A stretch of DNA of 64,000 bases from an uncultured delta proteobacterium (GTDB taxonomy: Bacteria > Desulfobacterota > Binatia > UBA9968). The position numbers were made by a program, and so were the translations under genes. Positions 1 through 9,701 of the stretch are shown one piece after another. Under the pieces are notes generated by a model. It had not been told where the DNA came from. It ran no database searches and saw nothing but the letters and a program-made list of their open reading frames with translations. Each line of letters begins with the position of its first letter. The first letter of the stretch is position 1. Location of the stretch: positions 382,185-446,184 of the forward strand of contig CAVXEP010000012.1 in assembly GCA_963760795.1 (NCBI GenBank), read 5' to 3'.

Positions 1-163
1 CAAGCTGCAACGCTTCGTCGCCGTTCAGGGCCGTTTGCACCTCGTACCCCCTCTTGGACAAAAACCAATCCAAAAGATTCACGAAGTTTTGCTCATCATC
101 AACAACCAACACAGATTTGACCATCGTTTTTTCCGTACTTACGGCGGTCCATAAGTTTTCCAT
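1..163 (-). CDS. Response regulator receiver domain, 5' part (runs off window edge)
   Basis: Manual minus-strand translation MENLWTAVSTEKTMVKSVLVVDDEQNFVNLLDWFLSKRGYEVQTALNGDEALQL: receiver beta1 (VLVVDD) and GYEV..A..G.EAL. Alternative start at 124. Confidence 0.8.
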   Translation of the reverse strand, partial: MENLWTAVSTEKTMVKSVLVVDDEQNFVNLLDWFLSKRGYEVQTALNGDEALQL

Positions 164-718
164 AACCCCACCCATCCTAGAAGCGCAAATCGCCTCCTCT
201 TCTCAGCGCTACGCTCCTTTTACTGAAGCAGACTTAAGCAGAAAGCATTCCAACCTTCGAGTTTCTTAAACGTTATTGAATTTAAGGGGTTTTCTCACCA
301 CTTATCGTTAAAGCGAATTTATTAAGAAGTCGTTTCCCCTATTGTGAAAGAATTTTCCAGACAACGTGATGCGTTAAATAAGCTTTCCTGGGCAGGTATT
401 TGATTCTCCCTAAACGCACGGCGAGGTTTGCTGATGCGTCAGCTGAAACAGATACCGCATGGAACTTCCCTTTCAGTCGAAAGACGCGCAAGAAATCCGC
501 TGCGAATGCGGAATCGATCGCAACAGTTGCCAAGCACGGCTTGCAAGAGTCGGTTAGCCGATCATTTCATTGTCGTATCCCTGGATAGCGCTGAAATCGC
601 GAGGACAGCGGAAAATCCCGCTCCTGTCGGTATGAAAAACTCTTTCACGATTTCGCCCCACCCACACCGTTAATTACAAAAATGCTTTAAGTTCAGGCTC
701 ATCCAGCCATGCGGCTGT

Positions 719-734
719 TGGCATCTCGCTTGCT
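719..734 (+). promoter_or_regulatory. Sigma-54 (-24/-12) promoter upstream of mlaC-like gene
   Basis: TGGCATCTCGCTTGCT, with GG and GC 12 nt apart as in TGGCAC-N5-TTGC, about 65 nt before the ATG. Confidence 0.65.
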
Positions 735-797
735 CACCTGACCGGGCGAAGATGAACAATCGGTTTAAACTTTGTTATTAGCTGAGGAGACGCACAA

Positions 798-1412
798 ATG
801 AAGTCCTATTCCACGCACAAACGCTGGCTGTTTTTAGTTGGAGTCATCTATCTGTTCATCGCTCTACCGCTAAGCGCCGGAGTGCCGAGCGATCAGACGC
901 GGGCCACCATCGAAAAGGTTCTGTCGATTCTCAAAGACCCAGCCGCTAAATCAGAGCGACGCGAACGATTGCGACAAGTCATCTACCCAAGTTTCGACTT
1001 TGCCGAAATGGCCAAACGTTCTCTCGGAACCCACTGGCAACGGCGCAACCCGGCTGAACAGCAGGAATTCGTCAAGCTCTTCACGGATCTTGTCGAATCA
1101 TCCTATGTCGACGCGATCGAGTCCTATAATGGTGAAAAAGTTGTGGTCTCAAATGAGAAGCAGGACAAAGAATTCGCGGAAGTAAATACCAAGATCGTGA
1201 CAAAAAAAGGCGAAGAATTTGCCATCGATTATAAACTTCACCAGATCAGCGGCAGCTGGAAAATTTACGACGCCGTGATTGAAAATGTCAGCCTGGTCAA
1301 CAACTACCGTTCCCAATTCAACCGCGTTATCGCTAAGTCTTCCTACGAAGATCTCTTGAGTAAAATGAAAGATAAGCAGTTCGAAACACCGGGGAAAAAG
1401 GTAAAAACATAA
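798..1412 (+). CDS. mlaC: MlaC/Ttg2D-family periplasmic phospholipid-binding protein
   Basis: Signal peptide; FDFAEMAKRSLG..W, EFV.LF, WKIYD..IENVSLVNNYRSQF; GAGGAG RBS. Confidence 0.9.
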   Translation: MKSYSTHKRWLFLVGVIYLFIALPLSAGVPSDQTRATIEKVLSILKDPAAKSERRERLRQVIYPSFDFAEMAKRSLGTHWQRRNPAEQQEFVKLFTDLVESSYVDAIESYNGEKVVVSNEKQDKEFAEVNTKIVTKKGEEFAIDYKLHQISGSWKIYDAVIENVSLVNNYRSQFNRVIAKSSYEDLLSKMKDKQFETPGKKVKT

Positions 1413-1454
1413 ATCCGCGCATTGATTCTGTAAACCGAATAAGGAGGTTGTCTT

Positions 1455-1840
1455 ATAAAAAAGTTTGCACCCAAATACTTGGTTGTTGGATCAGTGATCG
1501 CTTCCTTGGCCGGATTAACCGTAAGGGTAACCGGCGCGCAGGAAAGACCGGCACTGCAACAACCCAGAGAGCAAACCGAAATCGGTGACAAAGAACTTAA
1601 AGCCTTTGCCAAGAGCTCCATAAGATTCGCGCTGAGTACGAACCGGCGCTAAACACGGCTCGCGATCCGCAAGAGCAGGGAAAGATCGAGCAGGATGCTC
1701 TAGAAAAGTTTGACAAGGCCGTGCAGAAACAGGGCCTCACGCTGGAAAGCTATTTCCGGATGTATCAAAGCGTCAACGCGAACGAACAGATTCGCGCGAA
1801 GGTCCTCAAGTTAATCGATGAAGAACGAAACAGAGCTTAA
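1455..1840 (+). pseudogene. DUF4168-like secreted helical protein, disrupted
   Basis: AAGGAGG RBS followed by ATA rather than ATG; signal-like N-terminus and ..EIGDKELKAFAK, then a frame change near 1613 to ELHKIRAEYEP...AVQKQGLTLESY..MYQSVNANEQIRAKV. Confidence 0.6.
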
Positions 1841-1927
1841 CCGTTGTAACCGCCGCAATAACCCGACGTCCGAGATGTACCCACCTTAACGTCCGACCTG
1901 GCAACACTAGCCTCGAGGATAAAGCAG

Positions 1928-2428
1928 ATGCTTAATGAAGGCATTGAATTAGTGGCTCACGCAATCAGTAGACCGTCACGGGAAGTAAATGCCGGCTCGT
2001 CGTTTCAGGCCGACACGCTTGCTCCGCAGCAATATCAGCAGACCAAGCGCCGAAACGCTTGTCGGGAACCGGAACAGGAGCTTATGTTAGCGGTCCTGAA
2101 GGAAGCAATTTACTGTATCCAGGGATATGTTTCGGCGCGCGACAAAGTGAGAACGCGCCAGTATCTCGAAGCCAAAAACTGGATCATGGAAGAGGATAGC
2201 GATTGGCCATTTGCCTTTGCCAACATCTGTGAGGTCTTCGGTCTCTCGCCCCAATATATTCGTGCCGGCTTGCTGCGGCGAGAGGAAATGAATTTGGCAA
2301 AAGTTTCCAAAGGTAAGATCTATCAATTCCCAGCTAGCCAAGCGAGACAAAAAGCGAGTCATTCAAAGTCAAAACTCACGCCGCTCCACACTGAGAATTG
2401 GGCACCTCCCAAAGGGAAGGAGCTGTAG
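1928..2428 (+). CDS. Conserved hypothetical protein
   Basis: GAGGA RBS; EPEQELMLAVLKEAI...EAKNWI...DWPFAFANICEVFGL pattern that I recall from uncharacterised deltaproteobacterial proteins. Confidence 0.7.
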   Translation: MLNEGIELVAHAISRPSREVNAGSSFQADTLAPQQYQQTKRRNACREPEQELMLAVLKEAIYCIQGYVSARDKVRTRQYLEAKNWIMEEDSDWPFAFANICEVFGLSPQYIRAGLLRREEMNLAKVSKGKIYQFPASQARQKASHSKSKLTPLHTENWAPPKGKEL

Positions 2429-2458
2429 CTTTTTTTGGCTTTGTCATAGCAGCGGTTT

Positions 2459-2599
2459 GTGCGTCAATTCGCGGAAGGATCCGGCACCCACGTCGTTGAC
2501 CTTCCGGGCTAACGGCGAACCATTAAACGCATCGATTTCAACGACAAAAGTATCAGTCGCCGCGAAGGAAAAGGCAGTGTCGAAGTGTTAGCCCGTTAG
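2459..2599 (+). pseudogene. C-terminal remnant of a DUF2541-like secreted beta protein
   Basis: VRQFAEGSGTHVVDLPG*RRTIKRIDFNDKSISRREGKGSVEVLAR*: internal stop, no start. Confidence 0.4.
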
Positions 2600-2857
2600 C
2601 ACTAATTCTAAAATATTTTGCCGCGGGAGCGCGGGGCCGCACGCGCCTCCGCCGCGCAGAGTCAATAGAGAATGCAAATTGGTCTGAATTCGCTCCGCTG
2701 AGGAAGATCGCTTCCCCAGAACCATCAACTCTCTCGCTCCGCCCATCGATGCTCGTTAGAAAAATTTCTCGTGGACGAAGGGGAAACCTCCTTCTAGGAA
2801 GAGTTTTTCCACTCGTCAGTCATGACGAAAACCCTTTAGAATCAACTTCGTACTAGC

Positions 2858-2872
2858 TGGCATGCCCTTTGC
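2858..2872 (+). promoter_or_regulatory. Sigma-54 promoter upstream of receiver/glycine-zipper genes
   Basis: TGGCATGCCCTTTGC, GG-GC spacing 12. Confidence 0.6.
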
Positions 2873-2973
2873 GCTCATTGCTAATTAGCAATGTTATAGG
2901 CCATAGGCGATTAAGGAGGACTGTAGGGATTTTCCATGGGGGAATTGATTGAGTGAGCGGATAGGAGCGCCAC

Positions 2974-3339
2974 ATGAAAGCGCTGAAAGTCTTACTCGTA
3001 GAAGATGACCAAAATTTATCCTTTATCCTAAAGGAAAGGCTCAAGTCCGAAGGATATGAAACCAGAATAGCCAAGGACGCGGCCGAAGGATATTCCATTT
3101 ATCTGTGGTTCAGGCCAGACCTGGTGATTTCGGATATCCAGTTGCCGGGAGAAAACGGCGTGGAACTCCTGAGTCGAATAAGGAAAGTCAGTAATCCCAA
3201 CATTAGAACGATCTACATGAGCGCGGATCTGGGTTGGTTGGAGGCGGAGATGAAACAGGAGAAGGGCAGACCGGAGGTACACGTGCTCGCGAAACCCTTT
3301 TCCACGGGCGAACTGATGGAATTGGTTTCTGCGCATTAG
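2974..3339 (+). CDS. Single-domain response regulator (CheY-like)
   Basis: VLLVEDD, PDLVISDIQLPGENG, MSA, KPF. Confidence 0.9.
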   Translation: MKALKVLLVEDDQNLSFILKERLKSEGYETRIAKDAAEGYSIYLWFRPDLVISDIQLPGENGVELLSRIRKVSNPNIRTIYMSADLGWLEAEMKQEKGRPEVHVLAKPFSTGELMELVSAH

Positions 3340-3398
3340 CAGGGCCGCCGGAATAGAGATAGCGTAGAGAGCGGTGTTACAAAAAGGAAGGAGTTCAT

Positions 3399-3755
3399 AT
3401 GAATCACAACAACACAGGTATCAAGAATATTGGATTGCTACTTATTGTCATGACTTTAATCGGCGCGGGCTGTGCAGGGGGATCGTTGACGACCAGAGAG
3501 AAAGGGGCAGGGATCGGCGCGGTCGGCGGCGCTGCGACAGGAGGTCTGATTGGCGCAGCCGTCGGCCACCCCGGTGCTGGTGCCGCCATTGGTGGTGCGC
3601 TCGGCCTCGGAGCCGGTGCGCTGGTCGGTGACCAGCTCCAAGGGCAGGAGAACCAAAACTACAGACAACAGGATCAGATCCAACGCAATCAGGACGAGAT
3701 CGATCGGCAGCGTCGGGAGACCGAGCGCTTAAGACGCGAGCGCGGAGAGTATTGA
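3399..3755 (+). CDS. Glycine-zipper lipoprotein
   Basis: Lipobox-like GAGC, GAGIGAVGGAATGGLIGAAVG repeats, Q/R/E-rich tail; AGGAG RBS. Confidence 0.85.
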   Translation: MNHNNTGIKNIGLLLIVMTLIGAGCAGGSLTTREKGAGIGAVGGAATGGLIGAAVGHPGAGAAIGGALGLGAGALVGDQLQGQENQNYRQQDQIQRNQDEIDRQRRETERLRRERGEY

Positions 3756-3784
3756 TGACATTGGTTCGAACAAGGGAGAAAAAG

Positions 3785-4198
3785 ATGCTGTGCCGAGTTT
3801 TAGTTCTTGCATTTGCCCTGACGGTTGGAATGACGAGATCGGAGCTGGCCTATGCGGATGTTGTCGCCGTCGGGGAGGTTAACCAGAGGATCGTCACATT
3901 AAACAATGTGACGATGGACAATGGCGTCATCTCAGGCGAGATCGTAAATCATTCGAGCCAGGAAGTTCGCGAGGTGGAGTTGCTCATTCGCCACATGTGG
4001 CAGTGGAAGGATGAGTTCCGGCCGGGAAATAGCGATCCGGGAATGGCGTCGTATCGTACGGTCAAAAATACAATACGGCCTGGTGAATCCGCGCGCTTCA
4101 CCTTCAACGACATGTCAACACTAGCTGTTCGCACCGATGGCCAATTTCAAACGATGGTGTCGGTAACCGGATTTACTGAGATCGTCAGAAACCGCTAG
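3785..4198 (+). CDS. Secreted hypothetical protein (FxLYD/Ig-like)
   Basis: Signal peptide; ISGEIVNHS...TIRPGESARFTF; GGGAG RBS before 3785 (ORF track start 3752). Confidence 0.65.
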   Translation: MLCRVLVLAFALTVGMTRSELAYADVVAVGEVNQRIVTLNNVTMDNGVISGEIVNHSSQEVREVELLIRHMWQWKDEFRPGNSDPGMASYRTVKNTIRPGESARFTFNDMSTLAVRTDGQFQTMVSVTGFTEIVRNR

Positions 4199-4933
4199 GC
4201 AGGATACTCGCGATGAATCGGCTGACCGGCAATGTTTGGTTAGTTAAGAGCTGTACAAAGCAGGTTGGACATCTTCGCGTGCTTGCCGCCCGTGAGGCTC
4301 AGGTTGAAAAGACCAAGCAGATTACCGAAGCAGATATTACGCCGTCAGTGGCTATGCTGGAGCCCCTGCGCGCGCGCAGCAAAGATAAACTCCACGTAAC
4401 TCGGCCCTGTCGACAAAATCGAGGTGCGTTTATGGAATATCTGAAATTCGGACCAACTGACATCGAGTCGACAAAAGATATCCGCCCAGGGTGGAGGCGC
4501 GAACTACACGAACTATGGGAACGGATGGTCGTGATGGGCCGGGTTGAGCCTCGGCATGTGGATCATGCTTAACGCCGCTCAGCTAATTGCTGAGCAAATC
4601 TTCCGACTCGTGGCGCCCAGCGGATAAGCAGAAATTTCTGGTTTAATTTGGCGGAAACAAGCGGGAAGTAATTACTCGCCACGAAGATCACCAAGGGTAG
4701 CGACTCCCGCGTAGAAATTCCCAACGGAGAAACACTAGTGGAAAATTGATGTTCTCCATGAACCTTCATCTCAATTACCCGTCTTTTCTTAACCCATGTG
4801 GGAATGGAAATCACGGGATTCGTCGTGCAAAGCCGCGATACTGAGCCTACTTTGGGAGGTCTTATCGTGGCGCTGACCGAAGAGTCTGTTCGGCGCGCCA
4901 AGGAAAAACACGAGTCTTGAAAAAGGAATTTAT

Positions 4934-5557
4934 ATGAAAATGCTAATGATCGTACCAATGATTGCCGTGGCTTTGAGCACAGGTTTCATGGGCTGTGAGC
5001 CCAGAAACGATGATGCAAAGGTTGAGCCGAAAGCCGGGGACAGCAACTCGGATCTGGCGAAAAATATCAAGGTGATTCTTGACACTGACGATCAACTTCG
5101 TGCCGCCAATCTTAGCGTCAATGCCGATTCCAACAAAAAAGAAGCAACGCTGTCTGGAACGGTAGAGTCCGAAGCTTTGCGCAGTAGAGCCGTCGATCTC
5201 GCCAAGGGCGCGCAACCGGACCTTAAGGTGAACGACATGATCGAGGTAAAATCGCGTGAGGCGACGCGCGAGGATTTTACCGGAGGTATAGCCCGACAGG
5301 AGCCGGACAAAGCAAAGCAAGTAGTCGAGAACGTCGGCAGGACGATTGAGGACACCTGGCTGCAGGGGAAGATCCTAACCAAGTTGGTTGGCAACGCAAA
5401 AACGCCAGCGCGTAACATCGGCGTAGAGGTCGTTGAGGGGGTCGTTACATTGCGAGGTACTGTCGAATCATCTGACGTAAAGGCCGAGGCGCAGCGACTG
5501 GCACAGGCAACTGAGGGAGTTAAGCGAGTGGATAACCGCCTGGAGGTAAACACGTAA
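4934..5557 (+). CDS. BON-domain (OsmY-like) lipoprotein, two BON domains
   Basis: Lipobox FMGC; ATLSGTVES..., IEDTWLQGKI...GVVTLRGTVES...A..LA..TEGVKRVDNRLEV. Confidence 0.9.
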   Translation: MKMLMIVPMIAVALSTGFMGCEPRNDDAKVEPKAGDSNSDLAKNIKVILDTDDQLRAANLSVNADSNKKEATLSGTVESEALRSRAVDLAKGAQPDLKVNDMIEVKSREATREDFTGGIARQEPDKAKQVVENVGRTIEDTWLQGKILTKLVGNAKTPARNIGVEVVEGVVTLRGTVESSDVKAEAQRLAQATEGVKRVDNRLEVNT

Positions 5558-5949
5558 CGACCGTCCGAGGGATGGAACGTACACAGAAGGCGCGATCTTT
5601 GTCGTCGCCGGGCATACCGATAACATGGGAACCGTGGGTGACCATTGGTAGTTTTTCAGGAGGAGTAACGACAGATTTTCGAAAGGATCGCGCTCTGGAG
5701 CCTCGGACGTCGAACCGCCGCGTTGGTTCCAGAAAACTGCGAAATCGTGCTGCGGACTCTAGCGATCCGGCGCGGGACAAGATTGGCGCCCTCGTTACTG
5801 TCTAGGGCGAGATTCCCTCGCGTGGCATATTACGGGAGGAATCGAATTGTCGAGGCGACTCTATGTCGAAACAGCGGGATTGCGGTCCAATATTGACGGG
5901 TCGCAAATCGAAGTATTTTATCGTAGTTTGATTCGATGATTGCCACGGC

Positions 5950-6567
5950 TTACCAGAGTTTTGTCGTATCGAGCACATAAGCCTGGCCTGAACCTTGAAC
6001 GACGGCATCGTGTAAATGCTTCGTGCCGCCTGGTCCATCACCCGCTTGGCGATCCCACAGGCAGATAAATCTCACTTTCCCGGTTCCATAGGCGCGCGCT
6101 TGATCGAGCATCCATAGGTTGACCGCGGCAAACGGATCTTCGCCGGGGGGCGTAGGTCCCCGCTCTTGCGGCATTATATGCCAACCCCGGACGCGCTCTT
6201 TGACCCAAAAAAACTTCTCCCGCCAATGTTCGCCGGCGAAATTGACGGACTCTTTGAGGAATTCCTCTTCCACGAATGGCAAGTAGATCTCGACGCGCAA
6301 TCCGCGTTGCCAACAAGCTTCGGCAAACAGTAGATCGCCGCCGCAAGCGCCGCTGGAAATCGCCACATCATCGGCGCCTGCGCCTAATTCATCGAGCAGT
6401 TTCTCGATCGCGGCAGTCGCAAGCGGTTCTTTGTCGGGCGGAAAGCGCGCTGGCGAGCGATCGGCGGCATCAATCATATGACCACTGAAAAGAAACACTT
6501 GACGGGGTGCGCTAATTATCTCTTGGTCAGTGGCAACAGTTGGGATTTGTTCTGCAACCTGGTTCAT
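5950..6567 (-). CDS. Hypothetical protein with SLOG-like fold
   Basis: LFSGHMID..DR...RFP, SSGACGGDLLFAE, LPF..EEF...SV, N.WML, LWD...GDGPGGT. Confidence 0.7.
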   Translation of the reverse strand: MNQVAEQIPTVATDQEIISAPRQVFLFSGHMIDAADRSPARFPPDKEPLATAAIEKLLDELGAGADDVAISSGACGGDLLFAEACWQRGLRVEIYLPFVEEEFLKESVNFAGEHWREKFFWVKERVRGWHIMPQERGPTPPGEDPFAAVNLWMLDQARAYGTGKVRFICLWDRQAGDGPGGTKHLHDAVVQGSGQAYVLDTTKLW

Positions 6568-6622
6568 TTGCTTAACCTTCTCGCAATGACCGGTGTATGG
6601 CCAAGGTCCTTCTTTATAAGCG

Positions 6623-6661
6623 CCTCAGGGGAGGCGACGAACTTCCCCGCCTCCCCTGAGG
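6623..6661. terminator. GC-rich 14-bp hairpin, terminator or stabiliser
   Basis: CCTCAGGGGAGGCG-loop-CGCCTCCCCTGAGG just downstream of 6704..7063(-); no clear U-tract. Confidence 0.55.
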
Positions 6662-6703
6662 ATGACAGCCTATTCAGTGCTTTCCAATCGCTATTTGGAC
6701 TTG

Positions 6704-7063
6704 CTAAGAGCCGGCACCCGCCGTCGCTCCAGACTTGCTGATGGAGTTAGCGACCAAAATCCCGCCCTGATCCCGATACGAAACATTCACCTTGTCCCCG
6801 ACTTTGATCGACTCAAGCGCCTTTTTAGTCCCACTCGCCTGAACGTTGAGGCTAAGGTCCTGCTCGGCGGTCTTGACCGCCAGTTTGCCGGTTTTGGCAT
6901 CGATAGATGTCACTTCACCTATCGCACGTTTTTCACTGGCCTTGTTTTCCACGCCCGCATCCGGCTTAGTCGGTTGCGCCGGCATGTTTTGTCCGAAGCT
7001 CAAGCCCGTTACCGCCAGCATTCCAACACCGATCAAACCTGAAGTTATAACTTTTTTGTGCAT
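6704..7063 (-). CDS. Small secreted OB-fold-like protein
   Basis: Signal peptide; GEVTSIDAKTGKLAVKT...IKVGDKVNVSY; AAGGAG RBS. Confidence 0.75.
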   Translation of the reverse strand: MHKKVITSGLIGVGMLAVTGLSFGQNMPAQPTKPDAGVENKASEKRAIGEVTSIDAKTGKLAVKTAEQDLSLNVQASGTKKALESIKVGDKVNVSYRDQGGILVANSISKSGATAGAGS

Positions 7064-7090
7064 AATATTTCTCCTTGTCGTTTTGTTATT

Positions 7091-7330
7091 TTATATATGC
7101 TGTCCAAAGTCCGCCGTTCTGCTGGACTTGATCGCGTTCTTCTCGCACCATTCCTCTGTCCAACGCTGCACTTCGTCTTTTTGGTCACCGTAGCGCTTTT
7201 GAGCTACGCCGAGGAACTTGTCGTAATCACCCTCGGCTTCCAGAAGATCGTTGTCAGTAAAGTGTCCCCACTTCTTCTTCACAGCTCCCTTGAATTGGCG
7301 CCAGCTCCCTTTGAATTGATCTTTATTCAT
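7091..7330 (-). CDS. csbD: CsbD-family general stress protein
   Basis: MNKDQFKGSWRQFKGAVKKKWG.FTDNDL..AEG..DK..G..QKRYG; GGAGG RBS. Confidence 0.92.
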   Translation of the reverse strand: MNKDQFKGSWRQFKGAVKKKWGHFTDNDLLEAEGDYDKFLGVAQKRYGDQKDEVQRWTEEWCEKNAIKSSRTADFGQHI

Positions 7331-7488
7331 AGTTCAAAACCTCCTTGTTAATTGGAACGACTTTTCTCCTACTTCCTCCTCGACACCACCAATAATTTGG
7401 TTCACCGCAATGTTTGTAGAGTTCCCTCTCAAACAAGCGGCTGAGCCTTTGCCGGATTTCTAACAATCGATATTTAAGTGAGAGTAAA

Positions 7489-7504
7489 TGCATATGCGAT
7501 GCCA
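7489..7504 (-). promoter_or_regulatory. Sigma-54-like promoter upstream of csbD
   Basis: Minus strand TGGCATCGCATATGCA, GG-GC spacing 12, one mismatch in TTGC. Confidence 0.5.
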
Positions 7505-7833
7505 ATCCCGAGCTCACGAGAACAAGCGCGACAATTCAACTACTTAATGATTAACGCGAATAGGGCAGATGTTGCATTGGTAAGACATTCGCCTGCAAAT
7601 GAAGATTTATAGCTAGCGAATATCGGACAGCGGCGGCAAACAGGAATATTGTTTATTGAAACCATGAATAGGATTGCGATTGGGCAAATTAAACCACTAC
7701 CCCGGTCTAACTTCAGAAGAGATTTTTGAGTGAATGTGGGACCCCTACGAGGGCGGATATTTCGCCAGACGCAATGGATGCATCATGAGGCGCTCGGAGA
7801 ACATAATTTCCCCGAGTATTGTTTGTCAGCAAC

Positions 7834-7931
7834 CTACACAGGCGGCCGTCGTCCCATGACCATGCCGACAAGGAACAAAACCATAAAGACTACGAACAAG
7901 ATCCATGCAATCTGCGTTGCCGCGCCAGCGA
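7834..7931 (-). pseudogene. 3' half of a DUF1328-family small membrane protein
   Basis: AGAATQIAWILFVVFMVLFLVGMVMGRRPPV*; N-terminal half missing. Confidence 0.7.
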
Positions 7932-8027
7932 GATGGCGACGATATAGTTCAATAGCCGCGGAATCTTCAGGATCAATATTCCCGCGATGAGCGCCACCAA
8001 AGGCTGTAGTGCGATGTGCATTTGCAT
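7931..8027 (-). pseudogene. 5' part of a DUF3096-family small membrane protein
   Basis: MQMHIALQPLVALIAGILILKIPRLLNYIVAI, then breaks where YLI..G is expected. Confidence 0.75.
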
Positions 8028-8082
8028 AATTTGTTGCCAAAGACTCTTAGAGTAGTTCGGTTTGGTTAGGTCGATTGGCGCC

Positions 8083-8583
8083 CTACATGTTCGGCACCGG
8101 TGTCTCATCCAACAATTCAACTTGAACTTTGGCAACTCCGTTGTTTATCAGTCCAATGGCTTCGGCCGCCGCCTGCGATAAGTCGATCAACCGTCCTGCG
8201 ACATAGGGACCGCGGTCATTAATCAGAACCTCTATCGATTTCCCATTAGCCAAATGAGTAACTCTCGCCCTGCGCCCTAAAGGTATTGTCTTATGCGCCG
8301 CGGTGAACTTCGTTTGATCGAAAACCTCGCCGCTGGCGGTTTTTTTTCCGTGGAACCCCGGTCCGTACCATGACGCCGATCCGGTATAAACAGATGCCGG
8401 CGCTTCGGAGCTCGGTGTTCTGCGACTATCTGACTTCATAGGATTAGGTTGGCTTACTAAACTTGAATTGGAAATCTCTGAACCTGAAATTGAGCAACCT
8501 TGGGTCATCGACAGAGCCAACAACACCGTGACAATTCCAAGCAATCCGCCACAACTCGGTATCTGTGGTCTAGTCATTAACAT
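8083..8583 (-). CDS. rlpA: RlpA-family lytic transglycosylase lipoprotein
   Basis: GSASWYGPGFHGKKTASGE.FD...TAAHKT.P.G...INDRGPY..GRLIDLS..AA; lipobox TQGC; start uncertain (ORF to 8652). Confidence 0.9.
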   Translation of the reverse strand: MLMTRPQIPSCGGLLGIVTVLLALSMTQGCSISGSEISNSSLVSQPNPMKSDSRRTPSSEAPASVYTGSASWYGPGFHGKKTASGEVFDQTKFTAAHKTIPLGRRARVTHLANGKSIEVLINDRGPYVAGRLIDLSQAAAEAIGLINNGVAKVQVELLDETPVPNM

Positions 8584-9350
8584 GACTTCACCATTCCTCG
8601 GAGTCATTTTACCAACCTCAAAAAACGCTAAATTAAATAGAGAGACGGTCAACCGCCAATACTGCCTTTTTTACCCATCGATAACTCGGCCTTTTGTACA
8701 TTTCAGCGTTTTCTTGGCTTGCCGAATTAAGCGACTTGTTGAACTCTTCGCCTCTCTGGTTAGTTTTTTTGCGTGGCCAAGCTTATCTAACCTCCTCAGC
8801 TTTGTTATCCGCGCAATATGCGGCGCGCAATCTGTCGCCGCGATGTTTATAACGTTTGAGCAACAGGGGTGCCAACGCATCGTAAAATGCACATTGTCCT
8901 TTGATAACCGGGTTTTCGCTTGTTTATATCGACACGGAAATCTCCGCGATCACATAGAGCTTTTCCTGCAATTTGCCGGCAAATTGTCCGAGTTACTCAT
9001 ACCAAACTTTTGTCGGTGTAACTGTTCAAGAGTTTCTGCGCCGGAAGCGCAAAAACCATTGCCCGGCGAAAAACGTGAGTGACAGTCACTATCGCAAGGA
9101 AATCTCGGTTCTCGGTTATAACCAAAGTCACAACCAAGAGAGGGGTATCGGTCGATGTCAGTGGTTTTCCTTCAGCGGTTAGCAAAAAACTCTGACAAAC
9201 CAGCTCATCTAAGAATGTCGTGGCCGCTAAGTCACCTAAAGAATAGCGATATTGGACACGAAGATATCTGGCATATCTTTTGTACGTTAATAAACCCAAG
9301 ACTCATTTCACGGGGGCGAAAATAAACGCAAAATGAAAAGAGGAGGAGAA

Positions 9351-9701
9351 ATGAAACATGTATTTTGGCTGACACCAATCGTATTGACTTCGGCATTGGT
9401 TTTACCGGCCTGCGACAAGGGACAAAATGATCGCGCACCAACTTCGGAAAGCACTCCCGGTGTTGCAGCTACGAAACCGTCCGATGCCGACTTAGAAAAG
9501 GCAGTTCGGGCGAAGTTGGAAAGCGATGACGCAATCAAACAGGCAAATTTGTCGGTGAGCGCCGATGTCGGAGCTAATAAGGCCACCCTCTCAGGAATGG
9601 TAGTCTCTCAGGATCTCAGGACCAAGGCGATCACTCTCGCCCAAAGCGCCCAACCCGGTTTGACCATCGAAGACAAGATCGATGTTAAGCCGGCCGGATA
9701 A
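9351..9701 (+). CDS. Single BON-domain lipoprotein
   Basis: Lipobox LPAC; paralogous to the first BON of 4934..5557 (ANLSV.AD....ATLSG.V.S..LR..A..LA..AQP.L); GAGGAG RBS. Confidence 0.88.
   Translation: MKHVFWLTPIVLTSALVLPACDKGQNDRAPTSESTPGVAATKPSDADLEKAVRAKLESDDAIKQANLSVSADVGANKATLSGMVVSQDLRTKAITLAQSAQPGLTIEDKIDVKPAG

Noticed and set aside
4213-4572. 119-aa ORF containing MEYLKFGPTDIE, like an aldo-keto reductase start
   Set aside because: Similarity lasts about 12 residues; cannot support a gene or pseudogene call
8468-9082. 204-aa plus-strand ORF
   Set aside because: Overlaps rlpA antisense and its upstream region; no RBS or recognisable motif
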